A stretch of 64,000 bases of DNA from Eledone cirrhosa. Its lineage: Eukaryota. Location: positions 135,346,001 to 135,410,000 of the forward strand of contig OZ024742.1 in assembly GCA_964016885.1 (NCBI GenBank), read 5' to 3'. The position numbers were made by a program, and so were the translations under genes. The notes beneath the pieces are model-generated. The model was not told the origin of the DNA and did not search any database. It worked only from the letters and a program-made list of their open reading frames with translations. How positions within the stretch are numbered: the stretch's first letter is position 1; each line of letters starts with the position of its first letter. Positions 1-14,585 of this stretch are shown here, one piece after another.

Positions 1-1387
1 CATTCTTTCTCATTTTAATTTCATGATATATTTATACCTGCTTTGTCTCCATTTCTTTCGTAATAACTTTTATCCTTATTTTTTATGTTCTCTCCTTAAT
101 TTCGCTCTTTTCTTTTCCTCATTATTCTCTTACGTAACGTGTTACCTAAATTCTATCATTCCTATTTTTATTTATTTCATCCCTTCTACAAATATTACTT
201 TCATTGTGCATGAATATTTGGTCTTCATTCACATACGTCATATATTTTTTAAAATCTTTTTTTATTGTTTTCTTTATTTTTGCTCAGTCACCCACTTCTC
301 ATTATAAGCACTCTCTGAACCATAATTGATATTAAAAATATCGATAAGCTAGGTGACGGCTAATATTGTTTATTGCCATTCCCCATACAGCTAATAACGG
401 GCTCGCACATAGAGATATACGCACACCCACACGCCTACACACAAACATACACACCCGTACACATATATATTTGTGTGTGCATACAAAAATGCATACAAAA
501 GTGTATTTATATAAATATATATATATATATATATAAACATATCAGCTTTTTGTATGTCATTATAGAAAGAAATGACTTCGTCGAAGGAAGAACGGCAAAT
601 GCCCATAAAGTACTGCAGCAGGCATTCCAAGTGGTCGGAACAAAAGAGAAGAAACTATGATGCAAGGATTGTTCTCAGTGTCAAAACCTGTTCTGAATTA
701 TTGCAACCAAGCGCATTTATATATATAGTATTTTACGCACGCATCTATATATATGTATATATGTGTGTATGTATATGGTTTGGCTACATGTACAGATATG
801 AGTAGTTTGTCGTTACATATACCTAGTATAACAAACTCGTACATATAAGTAGCCTAAATAGAATAAATGCTGATATCCCTTAGATAATTTTATCCATTAC
901 CTGCTACCATAGAAATTAACGCCCATAAGGTTTTATACTGAGGTTCAATTTGATTATAATATCAGTAAATACTATTCTATTTGCATTGACGACAGACATA
1001 GATTATATTGATACCAGAATAGGAGTGATCCTAATACCCAACATATTGACCATTAAGATAAGTACCGTAAAATAATTCTGGCAATTCCAACCTTCCATAA
1101 CCCTAGAAAAAACTTTGTTTTGGTACGCAAATGCACTTTTTAATACATTGTATATAATTGATCATGACGATATCTCTATGAGGGTATTATTTATTTGGTT
1201 CCTTTACCGGTTTCGCAGTTCTTGTGCTTTTCAATGCAAGAATTGAGATGGATGGTTTGTGGTTTTTCTCGCATCTTTTTTAAAAAGGCTCCAGTGGCAT
1301 TTTCGATTTCAACTTTTTTCCTTATACTTTCACTCGTGTAGGACAACTCGTTTTTTTTCTCATTTTGTAAAAAAAACATCCTTTTCT

Positions 1388-1418
<31 letters not shown>

Positions 1419-2411
1419 TTACATTAATTAAAACGAACTCGACTTAACCCCGCTGTGCGGTTTCACACAATGGCAACATACGGGGCCTTCCAAAGACGAA
1501 GGCAGTAGAATTACATCATTAGAAAAAAAAATCACGCTACTAGCGGTAAATTCAAGTGGTTTGAAAGTGCGTTGAATATCTCAACCAAGGTAGTTATGTA
1601 AATAACAAAAACAGAAGTGCATAATACGTAGAAATCAAACGATTATAAAAGAAATAGTGTTCAACTTCCGATTAAAGGCACATCTGTTACTTATAGATAA
1701 CGTTATTTATAATGAGCTAGCCAATTAGATTTCGTCTAGCTTCGCCGCAATCCTCACACTTAATGCATTTACAAAAAATCGTATACTGTAAATACGAATT
1801 TGCAAATCCCAAATTGTGAAAACAATACGTTACATAGTGAATAAACATGATTAGTGTAGGAACACACAAAACTGACTGTACTAGTTTACATGGTATCGGT
1901 AGCAGGCAGAATCCTGATCTTACTATGTATATAGGAAGAGGCTATGTAGCCGGTCCCGTTAAACTAGACTCCCAGGCTATTTAACTGGTAAAAGTGTTAG
2001 ACACAATGAATTGCAGCCCGAGTTAAGACAATTGTTAAGACAATTTGTTAAATTTTCCAACATCAATAGTTAAAAGTTAAAATCGTTTAGTCATCATCTT
2101 ATTATAATTCTGCTTATTGTTTATCCATTCGTAACGTAAGTTACGCTTGAGTAAAATACAAACACATCTACTGATTCCATGGTTGAAGAATATTTAGCAG
2201 AGACGAATATTTTCGAAATTAAGAATTTTAGCAGAAAGTCATGACTTGTTTAAAGATAGTCACTACCTGGGTTCTAAAACACTAGTTATAGTTTAGCAGT
2301 AAAATAAGCCACCAGCCACCCCGGCTGAGTTGAGTTCCTTGGGGTTTACCGGTAAAATAAGCTTTAAAACCATATTTGTTTATTTTGATGGGACTGGCTA
2401 CGTAGCCTATT

Positions 2412-2467
<56 letters not shown>

Positions 2468-3159
2468 GAGAGAGGCCAAGACGCAAACAAAACGAAACGA
2501 AAAGAAATGTTTTAACGGGGAGACTTTAAAAAATAATATTTTTAAAGTAAAAATACAAATAAAGACGCATAACTCCATGGTCATCGGCCTTTGAAATAGA
2601 CTTGGGCAGTTTTGACCCCTGCCAACGGTACTGCTGTTCCATCCTGGGTCACACCTACTGACATAACCCAAACGCTGTCCAGTGGAGTAAGAGACGAGAG
2701 ACAAAACATTAATTTCTAGAAATTAAGCTACAAAATACATAGAATATTGTGTGACATCAGGGAAAAGAGTGTGGTGCCTCATAGCAGGTGGTCAGATCAG
2801 ACTTCTGCCTGCTACCGATACCATGTCACCTAGTACAAACTGCTTCATGTTCGAGTGGCCGGTGACTTAACCGGCTCCACAACCAGACTCTGGTCTAGCA
2901 GGGAAGGTAAATGTAACGCGATCAGCACTAAAAACAAAAGATGTAAATAAGGCGCATGAACATCTCAGAGACAACTTCCATACACCCCAACTATTGGTTA
3001 AATAACTTCCCCAACTTGCAACTGGTCAAGCGTGAAAAGTACGGCTACAACCCTGAGATGACAAAACCCAAACAGAAAGTGGTGGACGCGAACCAAGTAG
3101 GGGTTCTTCCAGAAGGAGTGAGAAGGCCCTAAATTGGATTGGATACATATATAGAGAGA

Positions 3160-3606
<447 letters not shown>

Positions 3607-4214
3607 GTGGGGGAGATTATATGAAATGATAGTTTATAACTGCAGGAAATGTAAGTTTCGGCTAGGAAAATTAACATCTACCAGCCACCACCACCATACA
3701 CCACAGCACACATCACCCTACAGCTAATCATGGGATTCATCAGAGGTGAGAAAGGAGATATGGCAGTTGCCCCACGGGTGGAGATTTCGAGTTGTTGGGT
3801 TGAGTAAGGGTGTTAATCATAGTTTAACACTGTGTGGGATTGATTAGAAATGTATAAGAAATTTCATATATAATGAAGAAATAGTACGAGTTTGCCAAAA
3901 AAATTCGACAGCAAGTCTTCAGAAAATATACTTCTAATAAAAGTAGGAAATAAAAATACATATATATATCTAAATTTAAATAAGAAAGATGAGAATGTTC
4001 AGGAAATATATTGTTTCCAACAGAAAGACAAAGACTTAATTTCTATTTTTGTTGTTGTTTTTTGTGGCGAGGCGAGTATTGCATTTTTGTTTGAGTGTAC
4101 TTTTCTTCCGTGTATTTACTTCTATCTTTTCGTGTTCGTGAATTTTTTATTAATATAATTCTTTACTTCGTTTCACTCTCGTGACAAATATATGTTTTTT
4201 TGTCAAGATAGGCT

Positions 4215-4270
<56 letters not shown>

Positions 4271-4369
4271 TAGGCTTAGTGTATACATGCGTAGAAAGAA
4301 CAGGAAAATGTAGATTTGGGGGTATGGGGTATTTTATGAGGTTGATATATCTTTAATTCTAATTTTGAG

Positions 4370-5230
4370 TTTAACGTTGCCGATTATTCAAACTATCGAA
4401 TAGGAGACGCAACGAAAACATATATGAACAAAAATATTTTTTAAACAGAGTTAAAGTGCTCAATTGTAGCAAGGCAACTGGGGAAGATGAAATCTGGCCT
4501 GAGATGTTAAAAGCCTTAAATGGAGGAGTTATTCTCTGGCTGATTTTTGTGAGCCGTGGCGTCTGGATCTGTGGAAAGGGTCTTAAGCCATAGGAATCGG
4601 GATTGATAATCCCACTGGTGTCTTCACTGGCAGTTGGAAACACAATCAGCAGGATTTGCAGACGGCATGCTGTTACTTAACTCGAGAAAATGTGATCCAC
4701 TTGCACTTGATAGACTTGATGCCGATTGCTGCATGTCTGGAATGAAAATCTGTGCTGCGAAAACTGAGACAATCCTCCTCTCAAGGAAGCCTGCGCAGTG
4801 CACTCTACATAGGAATGGACTTCTAACGAAGCATGTGAAGAAGTTCAAGTATCTCGGAGCTGTGTTTAAGTTTGATGGTAAGCATGAGACTGAATTAAGT
4901 GCAAAAATTGCCGGAGCAGGTGCAGTAATGTACCAGCTTAAGTATTCGGTAATCATGAGAAGAGTGGTAGGCGTAAAAGCTAAACTCGCTATCTTCAATT
5001 CGGTATTTGTATCAACCCTTGTCTATGGTCATGAATCTTGGATAATGACTAAAATAATACAATCGCAAATACAAGCGGCCTAAACAGGGTTTCTCCGAAG
5101 GGTCTTTGGAGTAATGTTACTCGATAGCTTCTGTAGCTCGGAGGTAAGAGAGTCACTTCAGGTACAGCCACTATTTGCAAATTGAGAAGTCACAGCTCCA
5201 ATACTATGGGCATGCGGTTGTAATGTCTCA
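4370..5230 (+). mobile_element. Degraded RTE-clade (Rex3/Expander-like) LINE RT fragment with internal deletion
   Basis: KATGEDEIWPEMLKAL upstream of ORF 4634-5083, which contains FKYLG and KAKLAIFNSVFVSTLVYGHESW, typical RTE thumb motifs; the RT core is missing. Confidence 0.85.
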
Positions 5231-5677
5231 GTATATACCTAAGAAAATTTCTCAATGTATTTTGTAAGATGCTCTAACGATTCCACCAATAACCCAGCTT
5301 TCACTTTATAGGAATATTGAAAAGAAACCAGCATTGATTAGTACTTTATTTTATTGACACCGGAAAGAGAAAAAGCAATGTTGACCACAACGTTATTAGA
5401 AATCAAAAGCTAAACAATCATAAATTGATACCGCTGAAATTTCATTCGACGCTCAAATTGAATTATAAGTTCCTATTCAGTCTAATTCTAAATGAAATAG
5501 CAGTATATAGGATTTGCATAAATCGCCAATTTCGTGGACTACCTACTGTTCTAACCATTCAATTAATATTAAATCAAATCATGTGTTCGGTCGCATGAAA
5601 ACTTTCCAAATTTACTGTGATAAATTAAAATATACACAATTAACAGTGCATAGATTTGATCTAGCGACATCTAGCAC

Positions 5678-5812
5678 GGAGGAGCAAGGCCTAGTGGTAA
5701 GGGTGTTGAACGTAGGATCATAATGTCATGGGTACGATTTCTGAACTGAGTCGGTTGCTCTGTTTTGAGAAAAATATTTCATTTCATGTTGCTCCATTAT
5801 ACGCAGCTGAAC
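5678..5812 (+). mobile_element. tRNA-derived SINE fragment (family of 6600-6872)
   Basis: A-box-like GGCCTAGTGGTAAG head followed by TTTCATGTTGCTCCA...CAGCTG central domain. Confidence 0.65.
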
Positions 5813-6599
5813 ATGAAAACCAGTTTCGCGTTCAGTTGTTAAAACAACTGGATGCCAATATGTCGCACTTGATGGGAAATATGATGATGATCATAAAGCC
5901 TTTTTTGTACACTAGTTTTACCATTCAAGCGGATTTCATATGAAGATGTATATTCTCCAATCTATGCGTTATTTTAAAAGATGGAGAATCGTTTAGGGGA
6001 GAATTTGTTAGTTCCAAGAAAGCAAGCAATCACGTAGAATCTCGCTTCATTAGCTTATACCTGGCAGCTTTGACTTGAGATTACTTACAATGCAATAATT
6101 AAAAAGGACGCAGTACTCTCTTCTTTCATGCTGACTCACTTTCTTTCTCTCCTTGCTTCTTACCCTTTCTGTTTAATTCCTTCATAGTTCGGATGTGTGC
6201 ACGACGCACTGGAATGGCGCGTGAGATGATGCTTTGGCTGAGTTTCGGTTACATATTTAGATGCACTGACATTAGCCTCACTACAACAAGGACTGAAATT
6301 TGCTGAAAGGCAGAAACGAGAATGTTGGACTAATACCTGGTGGCATGTTGTATAGAAGGTCATGTTCAAATAAATGTGAATGTCTAATGGATGACGTTTC
6401 AACGCAAAAATCTAATAGATTACATTAGATATCTGAATTATTGACAAATATGTTTATCATCGTTCAATTCTAATCAGGTGAGTATCTTTGTATTGCTATT
6501 TTCGTACAACTGTCAGCTATATAAATTTCTATTTATAGTAAAAATGCAGGTTATTAAAACCTCATCTGTATATACTCATATTATTTTTATCTTTTACAG

Positions 6600-6872
6600 A
6601 ATGTATTCACCTTGATCAACTTGACCGACCAGTATGTCGGGCGCCAATCGGCGCCGCTGGTCACAGCACGTCGTGCTTTTTTAGCCATAAGATAACGCCA
6701 TCCCACTGGCTGGGCGGGCAGGCCGGTACTAAATTTCTACAGCTGAGTAAACTGGAGCAACGTGAAATAAAGTGTCTCGCTCAAGCAAATAACACATCAC
6801 CCGGTCCGAGAATTGAACTCACAACCTTTCGATTGCAGCCCAATGCTTTAACCACTAAGCCATGCGCCTTCA
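6600..6872 (-). mobile_element. tRNA-derived SINE with CORE/V-like central domain
   Basis: Minus strand: GGCGCATGGCTTAGTGGTTAAAG (A box), GAGTTCAATTCT (B box), TTGAGCGAGACACTTTATTTCACGTTGCTCCAG; a related copy lies near 52970-53100. Confidence 0.8.
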
Positions 6873-8119
6873 CAGAATTTATTAACAACAGTAATACGAA
6901 CAACAACATCAACAGACACAACAGTAGAATATACTCCGTAATTGGTGCTAAAATGTCGACACTAACTCAGGAATTGTACTGTTGCTAAACAACAAAAATA
7001 TACTGCAAATTCTGCTTGAATTGTTAAAGGTTCTTTAAAATAATAGACCATTCGCAACTCCCTTATATAGCCTGCAGCTAAAACATATCAATAAAACTAC
7101 TTAACTAACTAAAATATACAAGGCATGTAGTCCATCACTTTGCCGTCTATTTCATTCGAAAGACATAATATTAAATTTTCAATCGAACATGCATGCAAAT
7201 AATATAAAGAGTAATAATTTATTTCATTAACACGATACCATGTAACTGTGAAGTAAGGTTATAATCAACTGAGCCGAACAAAGCATATTAGGAGCACATA
7301 TTTTATTAAGCATGCATGCTTCATTAAGCATTTCGTATTTCCATCTATACCATAACATTATATTATCATTTCTCATTCGGAATTGGGTAAAACTTCTAAA
7401 AATGCAATGCAAATATTCTTGGAGATTTCTTATACCAAATAGTTCTTCGTCAAGAATTACCACAAAGCATTTATCTCATTATTTTCCCATGCACTGGGTA
7501 ATTGCTGGCCTTGTGCCAAAAGTAGAAACAATTATTTTCCCATGACTACCAATTCACATAAGCAGAGTGAACTTATCTATAACTTGTTCCTATTTCCAAT
7601 CAATCGTTATAAAATATTTTTAGATATCTAAATTTTCTCAACATGATTTACCTATTAGAAACTTACATAGCTACGAGTGGTTTGTCATCAAGTATTTCAA
7701 TGAATACATTTATGTTCTAATTTCAAATCATTCTCGGTACGCATTCCTTTACATAAATCTAGTACCAGCATAATGTCAACTAGACGTATATCGAATCAAA
7801 TAACTTATTATATTTGGCAATATATTAACTGCAACACCGGAAATCTAATTAATTAACCGCAATTGCAATATATTGCAGTGGGACTGTATAAATCGTGTTG
7901 GCAACACTCTCCATTTTTAAAATAAACAAGAAACATTAAAGAAAAATCAGAAAAGTCAACTGCCCGTTAGGGGTAACATGTGGGGTTTGGGATAACTAAC
8001 AAATGATGTGAATGACAATACCTGCGAGAAAATGAGAAGCCTCCTCAAACTCCATTGACAAGATGAATATAGCAGCTAGTACCGGTAGATCACAGGACAC
8101 AATACTTTGCATCATAGAG

Positions 8120-8280
8120 TTACGTGCCTTTATGTTCTGTGTTCAAATCCTGCCGAAAATACCTTTACAGATCATTATTTAGGTCGTTAGAATAAAGTAC
8201 AGGTAACGCACTGAGGTTGATTTAATCGACTCTCCCCTTTCCCAAAATAGTTGGTATGTATCTAAATCAGAACCCATTAT
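8120..8280 (+). mobile_element. Decayed SINE (family of 14405-14585)
   Basis: GTTCAAATCCTGCCGA B-box followed by a diverged GGTCG..AATAAAGTAC central motif. Confidence 0.55.
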
Positions 8281-11200
8281 GAAAAAATCAAGAGCAATGT
8301 TGACATTGACCTAGTTTGAAATCAGAAAGGAAATCATATTTAAAAAAGAAAAAAAAAACATTTTGTAAGATTTTCTAAGCGAAAGGATTTTCTGTTTCGA
8401 AGAATGTTAGAATGTTCCAGAGTGATTTGATACCTGTTAACGATTTCCTTGCATAGATTGTCAGAGAAAAAAAAAAAACATCTACAAAACATGTTTGGAC
8501 AAACCGCACGTATTATTGCCGTTTAATAGATCATCAACACGCCCATTCAGAGTTTGCTGCTCAATAATGTAGCCCTTGTCTAGCCAAGCCAATATTAACA
8601 GATATTATACTTGACATATGTCACGACACTCATTTAGTTAGAGATAAAATCATATTTTAAAAATAAACGGCTGAGCTTCTGTGTGACCTTGCCATGCGCA
8701 TTAAGCACATAACATTGGCACGTGTCATTAGAAAGTGCATGATTAGCATGACTTGATGCATGGCGTTGCCACGTGATCTTACCACATTACCTTGACCTTG
8801 ACGTGATTTTTCTCGATAGTGTACGTGAATCGTGACACACTGCTACGTTATTCAGTGCATTCTATTATCATGGATCATTAACTCGGAAATCGATCTCTCG
8901 ACATATCTATTATGGCCTACTGTGGCAAAGAAACTAAAACCTAAATTGACATATTCAGTTTAAGTTAGTAATGCTATCAAAAATCAAGCGCTGCGATCTG
9001 CCTATATATAATCTTTGAACGTGTCCGTAACAAAGAAATGCTATCTTTTAAATTTATCAAGTGACCATAAACCAACAATCTCCGTATATGATTTTAGATT
9101 AATGTATTCCCCCTCCAAACAAAAATCAATAAAATGCACAATAGACTTGGATATCATTTTATAAAAATCATCATCTGTCTACATAGTGACACTAATGTTA
9201 CAGACGCAAAAATAGAAAAATTCGAAATCATGAAATTTCAAAGGAATTGTTATTATTCTATAAAAAAAATGCTAATAGAACACTTCTATTGCAATTTCAT
9301 ATCATTTTGTTGTTATTTTCATGTTATACACAGACAGTATTCTACTGTCATTGAAACTGTTTTATTCGCAATTTCTGCTAGATATACACTGCCAATTGTG
9401 CTATCGCAATTTCAATTTTCAAAATATTTTGTAGTCTCACAAAACATCTCTTATTCTCAACCCACCCTTGTTTTGTGGATGCTTTGAGAAATAATGTTTA
9501 TATGTGACATTAACACGAAATAATATTTCTAATTGAAATAGAGCGTTATTTATGTTTTCCTATTGCAATGCTGACTAGAGAGTGTTTCGGTGCACACACA
9601 TTGTATTTACAACAACACTAACCATGACTGGCGTGGAGCCTATACGTAGTTGCCCGAGTTGCTTGAAATAGAAAACAAATCACCTTCAATCTATACATTA
9701 AAAGTACGTGATACTGGATAAGGAAATCATTGGCCCAGAACCAGACGGGATGGTCATGGCTGATACACCTTCGATTATAAGTTCATTCAGAGGCGCAATG
9801 TGGATAATTAGCCGTAATAACTGTAATATTACGATGAAAATTGTGGGTGCTTCTATATGGACCTTTGATCTTCTGAAATAGCAGCAAAATCTCCATCAAA
9901 TCGATTACTGTCATAGAAAGACATTTTAAAATAAATTCTCTTCAGTAAAAATGTGGGATGTCCACAGCAGGCATGCCTTTAGTCATAAGCCTCATTCAAG
10001 GTGTATCTTCCGCAAACGAAACGCTGTATATCAGAGACCCAGTCATTTAAACCAGCGACAATTTCATGGAATCTTTGACCGCACATTCACCCCAGGCATA
10101 TACAAAAATAAACAATTAAATAAATAAATCGGTAAACAGAATATAAATTAAGTAGACAATAAAACAATTATATATGAATAAGAAACCGGTATTATAAGGT
10201 GTATTTTTTATATTATTTTGATTATTTTCACTTCTTATACAAGTGTCTCGTCTGGCTGTCTATATGGGCCATTTGGGGGAGTTATCCTCAACGACATAAA
10301 AAGGAAAGTATACAATAGATAAAATATGCAGTGTTTAATGACATATGTTTGAAGTCTTTACCTATTGTGACAGAAGTGTCACAGTAGGTAAAGACTTCAT
10401 ATTTCAGTCAAGTCTAACACGGAATTTAAAAAAAAATGTAAAATAAATATTCTACGTATAACAAAATTATCATCAATATGAGAATAACAATCATCCATCA
10501 TTTTAGTCTCAGCACAAATAACTCTATAGTCATGAACATAACTACTAGTCTACACAATGTTATTCTATTCTGTTACGTGTACGTACAACACTTATACAAT
10601 ACGTAAATATCTAAACCCGTAAATTTATATAAATCATACAATTATCATTGATTACTAAAATGCCGAAGGAGCAATTGTAAATTGAGTTTAAATTTCACAT
10701 TTGTTCTTGGCCTATTATCAGCTTTAAAGGCTTATATTTTATATTTGGCCTACGGGCATTGCCATCATTGAACGGACCTGTCAACCTGTATCACCACATT
10801 AGCAACACCAATATGCAATAATAAGTTCATGACACCAAACATAACTACAAATATTCATATTTGCCGGAAAGACAGAAATGTCCCCAACACGCGAAATAAG
10901 AGGTATGTATGCATGGTCCCGTGACTCCTGAGAGAGTCGTAGGAGCACCATATTAAAATACTGCATTTCTGTGGCATATTAAAAACGGGGCTGGCAATTT
11001 CTTCTCGAAAAAGATAGATTGAGAGAATGGACAAATTAGAAAGAAGCATAGAGGACGAATCGACCCCGTACTCGATAGGTACATTTTTAACGAAATCGAA
11101 TGGATGGAAGGCAAAATTGAACTCTTCGAATAGAGAGCCGGAACGACTACCGCAAATCAACAACTTTGCTAATATGCCACCTTCTAATACGAAGTATATC

Positions 11201-11880
11201 GTAGTTCAATGGTAGTTATGTTTGTATTCATCAAAAATTAAATATCCTCAATAAAATGAAATTGTAACAATTTTCGTAATATTTCTACCTTCCGTTTTCG
11301 TTTTGTATTTTAACTATTCTGTAAATAATATATTCACATTTTTGTGTTAGTCTAAGGTTTCGTTACATCAATATTTGTATTACTTTATAGAAACTGCGTA
11401 ATTCGGCGGCTACTGCCGGATGTCGACCGTCATCTCCATTGCAGTAATTGGCGCAAGTCTAGCTGTTTTTCTGGGAGGTTTGGGATGTAATATAGAAGGT
11501 CGAGTGTGATTTTTTATTTTCATTGTGTGATACGCGCCCAATGAGTGAAGTCTTAAGAGGTTTATGCGCTGCTTTTGTGGATGGCTTTGGTTTATTCTAG
11601 ATTTTTTTTTACTTTTATGTTTAGGCAATCGAAGGTTTTAATTACATGCACACATACCCATATACATGATTACACATTTATGCACATACACTCACACACA
11701 CGCGCGCGTGCGCATTCATATACATGGTAGAGTTGTAAGATTGTTGAATAAAGTAAACTAGCATGCACACGTGACAGGCCGCCTTGGGTAAAAATATACC
11801 CAGATGTTGCCTTAGACAGCAAAGTTTAGGGTGCAGATACTTTGTTTTGTAAATTATACTGAGGTGCAAAAATTAAATAT

Positions 11881-12745
11881 ATAATGGTTCGACTAAAAAT
11901 TTAATAGGCTATCCAAGATACTCTGGTGGAATGTGACCAAATAAGGTTTAATTTTCAACATAGACTCCCTTGCAGTTCACACACTTCCCCCATCGGAATT
12001 ACAGTGTTTGGATCACATTTGCAAAGAGGCTTTCATCTTGGTGGTCAGAAAAGTCATCAACAGCAGATTTGACGCCATCATTACTTTCCCTGCAGATGAA
12101 ACGAACTATTTGAAGCAGAAGAGGAGAGGTGTTTCCACTGCATGGATTGCCTCTTTGTATCTGGCTCAAAGAGATGAAGGCAACACTCATTCAGAGTTAG
12201 GAAACGTTCAGGGAAACCATCTGGAACTGCCTAAAACAATGGCATATATGTTTGTGATGTCATTAACGTGGTGCACTTTTGATCAATTGTCAGAAAACGT
12301 GGCTCACTCCGAGAAGAAACATATGTCATTCTAAATTCTTAGTGCCGAATATTATGAATTCTCTCATTGGCTATTTGCTCAATAGTCAATCGGTTGTCAT
12401 CCATCACCATATTGTGAACGCGATCAATATTTTAGTCGCTGGTGGCAGTTGTAGGACTTGCAGAACATGGATCATCTTCAACACCCTAGGTTCAGCTTCC
12501 TACTTTTGCACTGTTGATAAAGCTGGTGCGTCATCCTCGAATGTAGTAATCATCTCAGCAAGCATGTCGTTTGGGGCTAAACCATTTTGCTGCCAGCCCT
12601 TGGTAATACATTTTGTCCATTTTCAAGAAACTTCGCTACTAGTTATAATTGAAGTCTTCTTTAAAGTCAGATGTCAATTTACCAGGATGCTTTAGCATCA
12701 CTGCTTTATAATCTGCCTATGAACGTTTCAGTCGACCCTCGTGTA
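11881..12745 (-). mobile_element. Decayed, internally deleted mariner (Tc1/mariner) DNA transposon
   Basis: End CGAGGGTCGACTGAAACGTTCATAGGC matches diverged TGGTTCGACTAAAAATTTAATAGGC at ~11885; minus-strand translation gives DDAPALSTVQK and NIDRVHNMVMDDNRLTIEQIA (mariner HTH region). Confidence 0.8.
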
Positions 12746-12757
12746 AATATATATATG

Positions 12758-12968
12758 TACACGAGGGTCGACTGAAACGTTCATAGGCAAATTATAAAGC
12801 ATTGATGCTAAAGCAGTGAAATCATGCATGAATTAATAACTGCATGTTTTTATTCCCGGTAAACTGCTCCAGCTTTATCAACAGTGCAAAAGTGGGAAGC
12901 TGAATCTAGGAGAGTTTGAAGATGATCCATGGTCTGCAAGTCCTGCAACTGCCACCAGCGACGAAAAT
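12758..12968 (+). mobile_element. Inverted partial copy of the mariner 5' end (head-to-head)
   Basis: Reverse complement of ~12685-12745 and of parts of 12430-12530. Confidence 0.8.
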
Positions 12969-14404
12969 ACACACACACACATATATATATATAGAGAGAG
13001 AGAGAGGGGGGAGAGCGAGAGAGAGGGGGAGAGAGAGATTCAACATCGAAGATGGATTAGTTGTACAACGTCGAGTGCTTCTCGTACATCATGGTTGACT
13101 TATCGGAATGACTAGTTCTATCCAGTGGTGAACCACCAAACCAAAATGAATATATATATATATAAATGTGTGTATCTAGAGTGGTGGGATGTGTTAGCGT
13201 GTGTGCAAATGCAATGTTAGATATAATGATGTATTGAGTTAATAAATAGACTGGAAGAACAGCAGTAAAGAATAAGTGATAAACATTTGAAAGTATCATA
13301 CGTATTTGGTCTTGTCCTATGTTGTTGCTTTATTAACTATCAAAGCAGCTGCCGAATCATTGAGAATTCCGTATGTTTATCTCACATTACTATTGCGTTT
13401 GTGACGCATCATAGGTAATGTACATTAAATACCAACGGTTGTAATCATGGCAGAAAGATATCTGAAACAGATCTGTATAGCTATAAGAATTATTACCATC
13501 CTGTTTAGAGTTAAAACGTGTTCTAATAGAAACATGTAATTTGTAATAATGCGACTTGGTCGGTATTTCCTTCAATTGTTTACCTTTGTGCTTCGTCTTT
13601 CGTCTTTATTCATCTATATTTGTCAACACTTTAGATTCTCATCAATAGCAATAATCGTGTATTTACTCAACGAGAGAGCCTCAATATGTCCTATATAACA
13701 ATTTGATCTCGGTGAAATCACGCCTAACATATGAGTTATTAGATGTTTTCTTCATAGACGCACAACGTATTTTTGTAAGGTAACCATCGAGCTTTTGCAA
13801 GAATGTCCGATCAAGCAGGGCTATTCTAAGGTGAAATATTAATAACATGAATTCAATATTATGTAACAAACAAATATGTGTTATAAAAATTATAATATAT
13901 GCAAGCGCACTTAGAACATATCTGAGGTTAACATCGATTTTATTTAACGTTATTTATAACACTTGCTTCAAATTTCTATCTTTATAATATAAGTCAGATT
14001 AGTGCAAGTAATACTGAACACCGGTACAGAACCACACACAGACGAATACATTAACGTAGCGTCGTTTTAACACTATCGACGCCATCACTATGAGAAAGAG
14101 TATTTAACCTAGTGACATGTGAAAATGAAATGTAAATCGACCAAACAAAACAGAAGAATGATTTTGTTGTTATTGCCTTATTTTCAAGTTTTGCTATTGT
14201 TTATTGCATGTCAATCAATTAAACGTATGGTCCCTCACAGACTTATATATAGTAATGTGAATAATTTCTGCTATTCCAAAATCGTAGTTTCTTTATTACG
14301 GCAACAAATAAAAACAGTTTCTGTCATACACAGTCCCGATATCAGAGATTGAAAGCGTTTATAATCGATTAAATTGACTGAAACACTTAACCTGGAATAA
14401 TCGT

Positions 14405-14585
14405 TTCTACTTTTTGGCACAAGGCCAGCAATTCACCAGTGTATTACTGGTACTTTATTTTATCGACCCCGTAAGGATGACAGGCAAAGTCAACCTCAGC
14501 GGGGTTTGAACTCAAATCGTTAAGGGACGTAACTATGCTGGAAAGCATGGCGTCCGACCCTCTACCGATACTGCCAATCCACCGT
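14405..14585 (-). mobile_element. tRNA-derived SINE with Meta/Nin-like central domain
   Basis: Minus strand GAGTTCAAA..GAGGTTGACTTTGCC..CATCCTTACGGGGTCGATAAAATAAAGTACCAGT; recurs at ~5330, 11060, 15045, 16060, 49005, 49230, 52525 and 54970. Confidence 0.8.

Noticed and set aside
3650-3745. Minus-strand CTGATGA...GAAAC
   Set aside because: No stem I, II or III pairing and no NUH site; chance match
6188-6477. Strong acceptor (6187) and CAG|GTGAGT donor
   Set aside because: No open frame across it; could be a UTR/lncRNA exon but cannot be supported from sequence alone
8680-8860. CACGTG-rich degenerate repeat
   Set aside because: Could be an enhancer, but indistinguishable from a decayed short-period repeat
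10829-11480. Possible small exons (MTPNITT..; NCVIRRLLPD..)
   Set aside because: Plausible splice sites but no recognisable protein motif
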